A stretch of 64,000 nt of DNA from Hormiphora californensis (Eukaryota > Animalia > Ctenophora), in contig CM035350.1 in assembly GCA_020137815.1 (NCBI GenBank), forward strand, positions 6,324,001 to 6,388,000, in the 5' to 3' direction. A model generated the notes under the pieces. It had not been told where the DNA came from. It saw nothing but the letters and a program-made list of their open reading frames with translations, and did not search any database. Positions 23,864 through 35,200 of this stretch are shown here, piece by piece. Each line of letters starts with the position of its first letter. Position 1 is the stretch's first letter. The translations under genes were made by a program, and so were the position numbers.

Positions 23864-25762
23864 TCAAAACTTGCTAAACCAAGCTTTAAAACAATGTTCA
23901 AAAAGGTTCAAATATGTATAACGGCACTCTACTTTTCGGGGCTCTTTCTTCTCTAATTGGTTGGAGTAGGGCTCTAATGGAAATGGTTTTAGGTGTCCGC
24001 TTTGACTCTTTCCGGGTAGGACCAACGTGGCAGCTTCTACAGGTGTCACAGAATTCTTTCGATGGCGCCAACGGTAAATACAAAATGCAATGCTAATCTC
24101 TATCAGTTGAAAGACAGTGAAGAAGGAGAATCCTATAAACAAGTCCACGGTGCCTCCAAACTCAGCAATAAAGTTTTGAATTTCGTACGCCTTCACCTGT
24201 TCGTTGGTAGTTGTCTTGAGATCATCATAGTATATATGAATCCTTGCAAAATTATTACGTGCATAGGTGTATGAAGTGTTTGCTTCAATATACCAGTCGT
24301 CTTTTATGTTTTCGTCGTAGAACTGTTCTGAGGGTGGAAAACTGGAAGCGTCAACCTGCATATCCCACTCCAAATACTCACACGGTTCAGGGCAGTCTTC
24401 CAGGGTTATACGCCCATTAGAGATTTCCTCCTCTATAAAGGCTTCACAAATTAGCCGCTCAACATATGCACAGGTGTAGTTGTTGTACTTGGAAGGATAT
24501 GGTTCCGGTGTGGGAGTGGTATCACCTGTCTCACCCACTTCTTCCGTCTTCTTCATTTCCTTTCCAACGTGTTGCATTTCTGGTACTCTCTCAGTACTCT
24601 GAGACGGTATGTGTCTGCGTTTTCTGTCTTGGTTTTCTGTGGTGTTTCCATGTCCCATCCTCCCAATGAGCTCGTCTAGTACTGCATACTTCACTTGTGT
24701 CTCCATCCGACTCACAAAATACCATGGTAAACATCTACACCTTGCAGCATACAGCTCTATCCTCTGCCTCTGGCGACACTCTCGTACCGTTTCATAGTGT
24801 GGGTTGGAGTCACTCCCGTACTTGGAGTACGCACTGGGCACGTTCTGACACGTTCCCCAAGGATGACCCAGTCGTAGCTCCTTTTTAGCGGAAATCTTGA
24901 AGAAAGTCTCCGTTCCGGGTTGAACAAGGGTTCCCCCTCGATCCATCATCACCGTTTCGTCGTGGTTTCTGATAAACACCTTGAATCCCATGGTCCGTGT
25001 GGAGAATAGGTAGTCTGCTACGTTGGCACTGACATCAACAGTGAAACCCGCTGAGTCACTGTTATACGTCTGATAAAACTGTTTGAGATCGTTTATTTCC
25101 AAACACCTCCCCAGATAAGTCATTCCTTGTAGTTTATCCCACTCATAGGGACTAATAATATTGCCATGATCGGCAAAGGTGTAATCGAACTCCCCCACAA
25201 ATGTCCCGTACAGATGATTCGCGTATTTGTAATCGATGGGCCCGACGGAATCCTCAAATGCAATAACATTATTGTACTCGTCCAGTAATTTCAGCTTGTT
25301 AGGATCCCTCCCCCAAGAGACTTCTTTCCGAATCTGCGTCACAATATACTTGAACTCCCCTGTATCTCCGTATCTAGCTAGGTCAGGTCTCAGGGCTGTA
25401 TAGTTGATAAAGTTGGTACTACAAACAGTAATAGCAGGCAGGATAAGCTTGTTATTCCACTCTATCGTTGCCTTGATACATGATTCGTATTCAAAGTATT
25501 CGCTTAGCAATTCATACGCCATGAAAACAGTAAATATGCCCAGAATAGCGATTAAAATCCACCACAAGATCTTGCACCACCGCGGTCTGGAGTTCTCACA
25601 CAAGACCTGAATATAGTCGCTGGTGAGATCTTGGAAGCCAAATAGAAAAGTACTGTCTGTCCCAGTTTGTGAGAGGGCAACCTTATGGATGGATGAAGGA
25701 GCTGTACTAGGGCTGTCGCTTCCTCCTCCTGTTGTCCACGGAGACACTTTTAACACAACCAT
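23864..25762 (-). CDS. DEG/ENaC (ASIC/amiloride-sensitive family) channel subunit, intronless
   Basis: 632-aa ORF with TM1, PAITVC, Cys-rich thumb, CPEPCEY and TM2 FIAEFGGTVDLFIGFSFFTVFQLIE. Confidence 0.93.
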   Translation of the reverse strand: MVVLKVSPWTTGGGSDSPSTAPSSIHKVALSQTGTDSTFLFGFQDLTSDYIQVLCENSRPRWCKILWWILIAILGIFTVFMAYELLSEYFEYESCIKATIEWNNKLILPAITVCSTNFINYTALRPDLARYGDTGEFKYIVTQIRKEVSWGRDPNKLKLLDEYNNVIAFEDSVGPIDYKYANHLYGTFVGEFDYTFADHGNIISPYEWDKLQGMTYLGRCLEINDLKQFYQTYNSDSAGFTVDVSANVADYLFSTRTMGFKVFIRNHDETVMMDRGGTLVQPGTETFFKISAKKELRLGHPWGTCQNVPSAYSKYGSDSNPHYETVRECRQRQRIELYAARCRCLPWYFVSRMETQVKYAVLDELIGRMGHGNTTENQDRKRRHIPSQSTERVPEMQHVGKEMKKTEEVGETGDTTPTPEPYPSKYNNYTCAYVERLICEAFIEEEISNGRITLEDCPEPCEYLEWDMQVDASSFPPSEQFYDENIKDDWYIEANTSYTYARNNFARIHIYYDDLKTTTNEQVKAYEIQNFIAEFGGTVDLFIGFSFFTVFQLIEISIAFCIYRWRHRKNSVTPVEAATLVLPGKSQSGHLKPFPLEPYSNQLEKKEPRKVECRYTYLNLFEHCFKAWFSKF

Positions 25763-26428
25763 CTAGAAAATCAAAGAAATAATATATAGCAAGTGTAATA
25801 GAATTTAATTTTATATAGCAGGATTATAATACGGTTATATCAGGCTAAGATCGAACGGAAACAACGAACATTAAAACCAAAACCAAAACACTATGTGGCA
25901 CTTGATGGACAGTTTCTATAGACTCGTACTCTTCTATATTGAGAGATCTGTAGAGTAGCTACTACTTCTCTCAAGAGTCAAGTATCACCTGTCACGTATT
26001 AGTAAACAGCATATTTCTCTCAAGAGTCAAGAGTCACCTGTCACGTACTAGTAGACAGCATATTTTTCTTGAGGTGTTATAACGAGGTAAAAAAGTTGAC
26101 TATAGAGTGTAAACCGAGACTTTACCAGGCACCAGCAAACCGAGGGGTACTCGACTCAAAAGTAAAAACTTATTCCCAAAATCCCAATAACTTTCTACGC
26201 TCTGCCCAAACTCAAAACTCCCAAATGACAAAAATCCTGGCTTTTTGGACAAAATTTTATGTCTCTGGTCTCTGCACCCTAATATGCTCTAAAATCCAAT
26301 ATTGAGATACCTATTTTTACATATTTTTTACATAATTTATCATTTAAAGTGATTTAAAATTACACTTAATCACCACTAACACTTTACCACTTATTCATAG
26401 CGGGTAGGGTGTGGTATGCTCTAAAAGT

Positions 26429-28048
26429 ATGCAGTGTCTCCGATCTAATGTCCCGGGCGTCTCTGCCTCTCTCATCAACTCTGCCCGTGCCAAGCCCGTT
26501 AATGCGGGTGAGTAACAACTCTATCTCCCGTGGTTCAATAGGGTTCAAGTAGTTTCAACTTCAATACAATAAATGGAAGATATTACGTTCGTGCCATGTT
26601 GATTCATCTGTAGATATATATACTGTACTGTATACAAGATGAAATAATCCGTTATTTTTCAGTTCGGTCCATGGGTGGCGGTGGAATGTGGAAGGCTCAT
26701 CAACCCTTTGTAACAAATGGTGATTCCGGTGTTCCCTCTCTTCACGGGGACATCCCCAAACCCGCCTTCCGGGACGATCACAGGAAGGACAACTGGAGAA
26801 ACCAGACTAATGCAGCTGAACGGCACGCTACTAACAACGTATGCTCATTTTAAATTTCATTTGTATTCCAACGCCGCCTTTATCTGTCCATAAGTTACCC
26901 CCCCCATCCCCTTACAACCACTATCCCCCATCCCCTCAGCTGTCCACCTATATGATGGTTGGTGCGGGTGGTGGAGCAGCACTATACATGGCCAAGTACA
27001 CCCTGTACGGGCTCGCTCTCATGCTGGGTCCTGGTAGGGACATGTACGCTGCTGCCGCTATTGAGGTCGACCTGGCCACCATCCCTGAAGGTAGGTGTAA
27101 CTAGGTGTAACTTCCCACAGCACCACTATTGGTGTAACTAGGTGTAACTTCCCACAGCACCACTATTGGTGTAACTTCCCACAGCACCACTATTGGTGTA
27201 ACTAGGTGTAACTTCCCACAGCACCACTATTTGGTGTAAACTGTAACTATTGGTGTAACTATATATTGGTGTAACTATTGGTGTAACTTCCCTATAACTA
27301 AACCTCTGTGTGACATCATACCGTGTACTAATAACAGTAATTGCAGTCATCATGCAGTATAAACTACACTGGCTCTGTTTAAAACTTGCTGTGTGTGCAG
27401 TATGTACTTCTTACTTTATTTGTAACCTAGTATTTCCAACACCAGGGAAGAATGCTGTGTTCACGTGGCGAGGAAAGCCACTGTTTATTAGGCACCGGAC
27501 CCCTGAAGAGATCGCCTCTGCCCAGTCCACTGACATTGCCACCCTTCGGGACCCCCAGGCCGACACTGAAAGGTGAGGGAGTTGGGAAGTAGTTCACTTC
27601 CTAACTAGACCATAATGTTCCTCTCTCTCTCTAACGTCGGTGTATTTTCAACGATTCCGGGCTATAATTTTGTTGTTGCAGGTGTCAGAACGAGAAATAT
27701 CTTATTTGTTTGGGAGTGTGTACCCATTTGGGTTGTGTTCCCATTGCCCACGCTGGGGATTACAAGGGGTACTACTGTCCCTGTCACGGGTCACATTATG
27801 ACACCTGGTAAGACACAATTTAATGTGTTTCTCATTAATGATATTAATTCTGAACATTGAATCAAGAATAGAATCGAAAGTTTTTTTGTGTAAAAGTGAA
27901 ATTTTATAGAAAGTCACACAAAAAACACCGCTAACACACCTTCTCTCCCAGTGCTCGAATTATGAAGGGCCCTGCTCCCCTTAACTTGGAAGTGCCCAAG
28001 CACGACTTCCTTACCGATACTCTCGTCATTATTGGAAAGGAGGATTAA
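26429..28048 (+). CDS. UQCRFS1: Rieske iron-sulfur subunit of cytochrome bc1
   Basis: Six exons (26429-26507, 26663-26838, about 26940-27090, 27445-27572, 27682-27807, 27952-28048) with [27 protein letters not shown] and [10 protein letters not shown]. Confidence 0.96.
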
Positions 28049-28391
28049 ATTATTACAAAAAAACTGGAAGTGAGAGAAAACAAGTGACCCTCGAGAGAGA
28101 GGAGAGACATTTCGAATAGTTATTGATCATATAAGAACCGAGAGTTGTGTTTGAAATTACGCGATCCCATTTTTCTGTAACTAAAATCGGTGACTTGTTT
28201 TCAGTTAGATTTCTAGAATCACACATTTCCATTTTTCTCTCTTTCTCGCCGTGCCGCAAGACGTTGCGCGCAGCAACTCTCTTAAAATGAAAGGTCCCTA
28301 TTGTTAGCAATCTGATCCAGTGTCAGCAGGGAGAACCGAGATGCGTTTCCACCACAGCTTCACATTGACACAGGGCCCGATCTCTGGGTTC

Positions 28392-29008
28392 AGATAACTT
28401 GTGGGGCATTGATGTAGCTGGTAGGGAGCCTCTTCTGAGCGGATATTGTTGTCAATGCGTGTGCCTCTGAAATGACAATCTCCTGGATAGGTTCCAGAAC
28501 CATATTAATCGGTTGTACTCGTAGTAGGACCACCTGAAACAGATTTAAAGGGTGTCATAATTGTATTGTTTGGAAACAAGGTGAGGAAATCATACGGCAG
28601 CAGGCAGGGTGTCACAGAAATTAAGAAGTTGTTGATATTTTATATGCCCCTGCTGTAACCAGATTCTGTAGCCCATGTCTTCAGGAGAAGACTTGCCTTG
28701 CTCGACCCTCTTACAAATGTAAAGGAGGGTTGTAACATATCAAGAGACGACCTGTCAATCTGCCTATCAAGAGTTTCGACCTGCCTAGTGCCTACCGTTC
28801 ATTGCCTACCTGAGAAGAGCGTACCTTATTCCGGTAGATAAACAGGCAGATAATGAGAGCGAAACAAAACAAGCAGGAGAATCCAAATGCTCCTGTAGTA
28901 CAAAAGACAAGGTTTTGTTTGGTATATTATAAAGTGGGAAGCAACAAAATCAAATAATCACTGATTACCTACACAGATGGCTGCAATTTCCCACCTATCA
29001 GCAGCCAT
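28392..29008 (-). CDS. Candidate small single-pass membrane protein; 3' structure uncertain
   Basis: Exons about 29008-28969 and 28892-28825 join as MAADRWEIAAICVGAFGFSCLFCFALIICLFIYRNK. A downstream exon may start at 28534. Confidence 0.35.
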
Positions 29009-29235
29009 TACAAAAGTTAGCTGTGGTCAGAGCATTGGCCTGACAGAAAGTTAGCAATATAGAGAAGAGGTCCGTTCACAATACAAAGATCGATAGAGAG
29101 GGGGATGGGAGTCTTTTAGATTAATGAGGTGTGGACCACACAGGTCACGTGACTGTTAAACTTAAAGGGCTGCTGCACTCGTCGATATTTATTGAACTAC
29201 TCTAACAGTGTAAAAAGATAGTGTCTCTCTCTCTC

Positions 29236-32200
29236 TCATACAGCTGCAGCTGCTGTCTCTTCCGCATCTTCTTCATCTTCTTCTTCGACTGCTTCTAGAC
29301 CTCCCTCATCATCATCATCATCATCATCGCCGAGTAGGGTCTGAAACAATGAGAATTTAGCATGGTGTCATATTGTGACAAGTTATATGTGTCTACAAGT
29401 GTATTGGCACGTCTCATAATATTGCACCCACCTTAGCCACAGACGCAACAGACTGTGCTACTGATTTCCTTCCTTCAGACACAGCTCTACTGGCGGCTCT
29501 TGAAACTGCCCTGACAGCCTCCACAGGTGCTACTTCCTCTGCGGCTCCCAGGGATTCACCTAGTTGGAAATAAATAGGAAATCACTTCATTCTCGGAAAT
29601 ATCGGTAGGTAGGACTCCCCTATTTTCCCGGGTTCTTACTCTGTATCGACGGTGTGGGCTCTTTAGGGGGTGTTGCGTTGGGCAGCTCATTGGAGGCAAG
29701 TTTAAATCCACCTTCATGTAGTTCCTACAATCGTGTATAGTTATTTTCAATGTCTAGCTAGACAGCCCTTTCTTCTACGATCCCCCCAATCTAACCCGAC
29801 CACCTAATATAAATTTTAAGAAAACCCCACAGCCATCAAAAGCATGTCTGTACAACAATACCTCATACTGCTCCATGTTCAATAGGTAGAATATGATGTT
29901 GTGGAGGCTACTGTACTGTTCAACTGTCGCTACCATCATAGGACGCTGGTCACGCATCGCATTTGTCAAGCCTGCACGATGAGGTGAGTATTAGGTTGTG
30001 TTGGGGATGGTGGGGGTGAATTGTAAGACTTTAGGTATGGTTTGGGGTGAATTGTGATACCGATACTTTGGTGTGGTTTGGAGGATAATTGGGACTGTAT
30101 GGCGGGATTGGGTCCGGATCCCACTTTTGTAATCCCTTCCCATACTATGCTGTCTGGCGGCGCTAACCCGATCTTAGCGCCGCCAGACAGCTACTGTAGA
30201 TTGTAGGTGTGGTACATTAAAGGGTTCAGGGGATTACCTGCCATATCTATTTCTTCAGTCTTCTCCAGACGATCTAAACAGTAATCTGTCCCAATAAACA
30301 CACTCGCCCAGTCTGAACCGACGTCGCTGTGGAATTAGGTTATGTTTCAAATGGAATTGGGTTGTGATTTATCAGAGCATTGGCAGCTGACAGGTTATTA
30401 TGATCCAGATAGGGTCCCACACCCAGATTCCCTGATTGCAGTACTGTATGCCAAATGGGGGAATGTACTGTCCTGCGGGCCACTAAATATATTCACCTGT
30501 GGACGATAGTGGGGGCCTTGTTGACATTGAATTTCATCATGTCCCTGTAGTAGTATAGCATGTTGAGGAGTTTATGGGGGTCAGGTGTACCATCCTCCCG
30601 CCACCCGGTAAAGATCAACTGTCTGATCACGTTACTAGACTGCCACTCCAGGTTAAGAGCTGAAATGAGGTGTGTTGGTACTAACTGTGTGGTGTTGCTG
30701 TCAGGCCAATGCTCTGACCACAGTTCTCAGAAATGAGAATAGGGTCAGGCAAATTCTCTGATAGTGGTGCTTGGTACTTGGTTTGTTTGTGAGTTACTAC
30801 CTCAACATGACAGGTTCTCTCGTATTTGCACGTGTGTGTGTGTGTGTGTGTTTTGCACCGCCCGTCATTCCTCCCACTTTACTGCCCCACAATGGTCGGC
30901 AGACAACCTATATTAATATCACTCTTCGCCATCGTCCCCCACACGTAGGGATAATGTTGATGTTGTTCCGGTTTGGGTCCTGGTATTTTGTCGAGCAAGC
31001 TCAACATTTCCCTCGAACCTTCGCCGGCATCACAAGAAGAGTATTTGATACAGTGAATCTAATAGTAGACTGACATACCTATATTGTCAGGACAATGGAT
31101 GGAATTTACCTGTCTCACAGACTGGTCTCTGGTTACTACTGCTCCAAGGAGCTGTAGAGGTAGGTGGGTTGCCGGATATGACAATACCGTGGGTTCACCA
31201 TCTAATCGGTGACGGCTGAAATATCTTATCACACCTCAGGTCTTGGGTCAAAACCGCTAGCAGTACTTATCAGCATGCAACCTGGGGGTCCGGACAGCTA
31301 ATTTCTTAGCAAGCACAGATAAGCATAAAAAACGCTTATGTAAACTTCTGGTGAGCATTTGGCAAATTATCAGCTCCCAGGGGTTGCACTATTGCGGGGT
31401 AATTACTTGCCATACGGCGGAGGTGGCCCTTTGTTATGGTCCAGACCTGCCCTACCTTAATCGTGGGACCCTTATGATGTGGTTTTGTTGGAATTCCCCG
31501 GCCGTAGCGATTCTTGCCCTGTGGTTTGCTACTTCTTTCAGGTCGGGATGGTTGGGGATGGTTTATTCGAATAGGTTACTTTTGGCTATTAGTTTGGAGA
31601 ATATTACCAAATCAAGTGTGTTGCTTGATCTGTTTGTTAGTGAGGAGGATTGTTCTAGATATATTGCAAAGGTAGTATGTGGCAAAAATTTGGGCAGAGG
31701 TTCCCCAGGGGAATAACCCCTATTTTTGCGAGAGAAGGTAACCTCCGTCCGACCAATATGGGATGTTGGACAGGAGGGCTGTTTTAAAGGCTACAGCTGC
31801 CGGGTGATTACAAATCATGGGTTGCCATAATTGAGGGAGGCTAGTTCTCTGGCGTAGAATTTACCCCCATAATTAAATGGGAGACAGCCGAAGGGTCATC
31901 AGGCATGCCTAGTAGGCAGAGGCCCTCGGTGATTACAAATCATGGGTTGCCATGTGTAACAAGGTTACTGGCTGGGGTGAGATTATCAGTTCAACCGGGA
32001 TCCTCACTAAGACTCAGCCCGACGACCGACCGACAAACGATCGATCAACGACTGATATCAATCGTCAACCAACCGCTCATCAATCGACCGCCGAACCAAA
32101 TCCCAGCAGGGACCAGCCGCACTGCAAGAGCTCGGTGCCATAGTTGAGTTCGGCAAGGTCTCTGGCAAAGTTTACTCCCCAAGATTGGGGAGAGAGCCGG

Positions 32201-35200
32201 TGTGATTTGACCGTAATCACTGGACCATCAGCCAACCAGGTCCACGGCAACGGGACTGAGCTCGAAGAACTCAGCTGGCACGAAGAACCTAAGTTCCCCC
32301 CGCTGCGTATTTGCACGTGTTGCACGTGTTTGTGTTGGGTACTAACCGCACTCGCAGATTTCTGACAAATCTCTAAGAGATCTCTGACTCACTATATTTT
32401 TCGGTGATCCGTGTAATCCCAGAGCTGACAACACTTCCTGATTTCTTGGTGGCCCCCGTTTTTGCAGTTACCCCAGTCTTGGCAGTTGCACTTGTCTTGG
32501 CTGTAGCGGCTGATTTGACTGAAACAGCTACAACACTAACAGAATCATCCGGCCCAACTCCATCCTCATCCTCCTCTACTTCAGCTGTGGTTGTCGTTCC
32601 ATCTGCAGTGACTGTCCCCTCTGCAGTACCCTCCTCCCCTCCTTCCTCCTCTTCTTCGTCTTCACTGCTACTACTCGACTCTGGTTCCTGACAAAACATG
32701 TGGCTTTAGTGGTGGGTCCGGTACTACGGTGTACCGTGCAGGAGGGAGAGAATTATAGACCTCATACCCAATATTTAGTAATTGGGTTTGGTTCCTCAAA
32801 TGTTAGGTATTTCCCTGTCTAATTACCTGTACAATTCCTGCTTTGAAGCTCTTCACCACGAAGCCGCTGTACTTTGCCTGACCGATAAACCTGACCAGAA
32901 CGTCCCCATAAAGCCCCTCAATATCGGGCCAGTACTGGGGGTGATCCCCGGAGTCCATATTCACTAATGTCCTCGTGTTCTCTTGAACAATAATTTTCCA
33001 GAACGCTGACTTGGTGTAGATGAGGGGTGTTTGAGCGGCTATGTATTGTCGCGGCCTCTTCCAACCGTTGATGTAGCTTGCATTGTAGTAGTCTGTATCT
33101 GGGTCTTGGTCTGTGCCGATCACAACACGAGATACGTCATACGGCACAATGCCCCTAGAATGTGGGAGGGCAGTGGGTTAAGAAAAGGATGGGAATCAAT
33201 TCATACTCAGGGTTAGTCTTCTCAACAGTTTGGAGAATGGCCTCCCTAAGGGACACATCGGTAAAAAGAGTGAGCGGGAGATGAGCTTTCGTCTCTGTGA
33301 ATATCCTTGTTGGGTGAGGGATCATACCCCCGACTCAACACATGGATAATACCCTACCTGGCACTTGGTGCGTTTTTCTTTCTGTTATACGTCGCCAGAG
33401 CCACACTCTTTCTCTGACTAGGATTATCCACCGGAATCAGATCGAATTCCTTTTGCCATCTGACCAGCTCACCCCTGTTGAACCGCTCAGTTTTCTCTAG
33501 GAATTCCTCCCGGTCCATTGGCAGCGATACGATGGGCTTTTCTAGTGCGTCTTCTATGTTCGTACTAACTGCCGCCCAATTACCACCTGGGGTAGTGGGG
33601 TGATAGACAGCTCCGGCCCAGAACAAAATACCCCGTTTTAATTCAATGCGTTTAGATCGGGTCGCTAGACAGGTTACCCTCTGATCAGATTTCCAGTAAA
33701 CCCCTAGGGCCTAACCTGCATTGTTGAGTAACCTTACTCAACAAAACCTGCATGGAAAATGTACCTTTGAACTCTCGCTTTTCTAGCTTGTGTTGTATGG
33801 ATTGGCTGACAACAAAGAGAAGGAAGGTCACAACTCCAAGAGCTAATACGGCAAGGAACAAAATGTAGATTCTACCTCCAATCTGAAGGAGGAGAAGAAG
33901 GGGGGTTACTTCTCTGTGTTGATATATCTAGTTTTTATTCTGTCAGTGTGATGCAAGACCACTCTTCTCACTCAGGGAAGTACACATGAAGAGACATACC
34001 CTTAACTTACATATGTGTAGGTGACAGGATCGCATTCCGGCCAGTTCAGTGTCCCATTGCTGCATGTTATCCTGTGGGGTATTGTGTTAGACAGAGTGTC
34101 TCACAAAATACTGCACTCTCCGAACCGGGCCGAAGGGTCTCGACATTTATACATCAAACATGATCTCGTATTGTAGTACAGTACGATAGAAACTTGGTAT
34201 GAGCTGTTAATAAAAAACTCACATGTGAAAATCGATAAAGTTCATACACGCCACTGTAGTTGTACTGTCGTGAATGAGGACAGTGCTCTTATTATCATTT
34301 CCAATTAACATAACGGTATCGGGAACATCATCCAGGTGACACAAGTGGTAGCAGCTCGGGGCAGCCTCTTCGCATTTGTAATTGTCCTTTTGGCCTTTTG
34401 CCAGGGAGAACCCTTTGTTACAGACAACCTAGGAGGGTGTGGTTATGTTACAGACAACCTGGAAGGGATGTGGTTAATAACCAGTGGCCAGCCATAACAT
34501 AACCACTGGTTATGGCTGAGAGGTTGAATTTTTTGAAGTTTTCCACCCAACTTTTCACAATCGGCGACTTCAAAAACAAACTTCAGTTGACCCCTCTCTC
34601 CCTCCTCACTCACTTGAACTACAGTAGACTTGGAGACCAACCAATCCTCCATGGGCAGAGTGGTACCATTCTGTACGGCCTCTACATTACACGTGTCAAC
34701 ACAATCCGCTTTGCTGGTACTTTCAATTGAGAAAGTAGTTAAACCTGTAGTGGTTTAGGATAGGAATACAAGTGGTTTAGGATAGGAATACAAGTAGGTT
34801 TAGGATAGGAATACAGGTGGTTTAGGATAGGAATGAGTGTACTACTACTTCCAAAAAAATCATGTGATGTTCAACACTGACCTACGGGGCACTTTTTGCA
34901 GAAGTTAGACCGTTCAGCGTCAGTATATTCTCCAATTTGGCAACTCTCACAATTATCTGTTATGCTGTGATAGAAAGCCCCTCGGACACTCTGTACAAAA
35001 CTTTTCTATCTGAGGAGGGTGAAGTGTTTTTCATAAATAGCGTATTGTCTTCGCGGGGATCGAGAGAAGGGTTTACAAGTAAAGCGATTGTAGAGTTGCC
35101 ATCAAGATCTGTATGGCGGCGCCCGCGCCATACCCCATTAGATTCTCGACAGTGCAGCTCAGATGGGGTCGCGGCGCCAGACAGATCAAGATGCAGAGAA

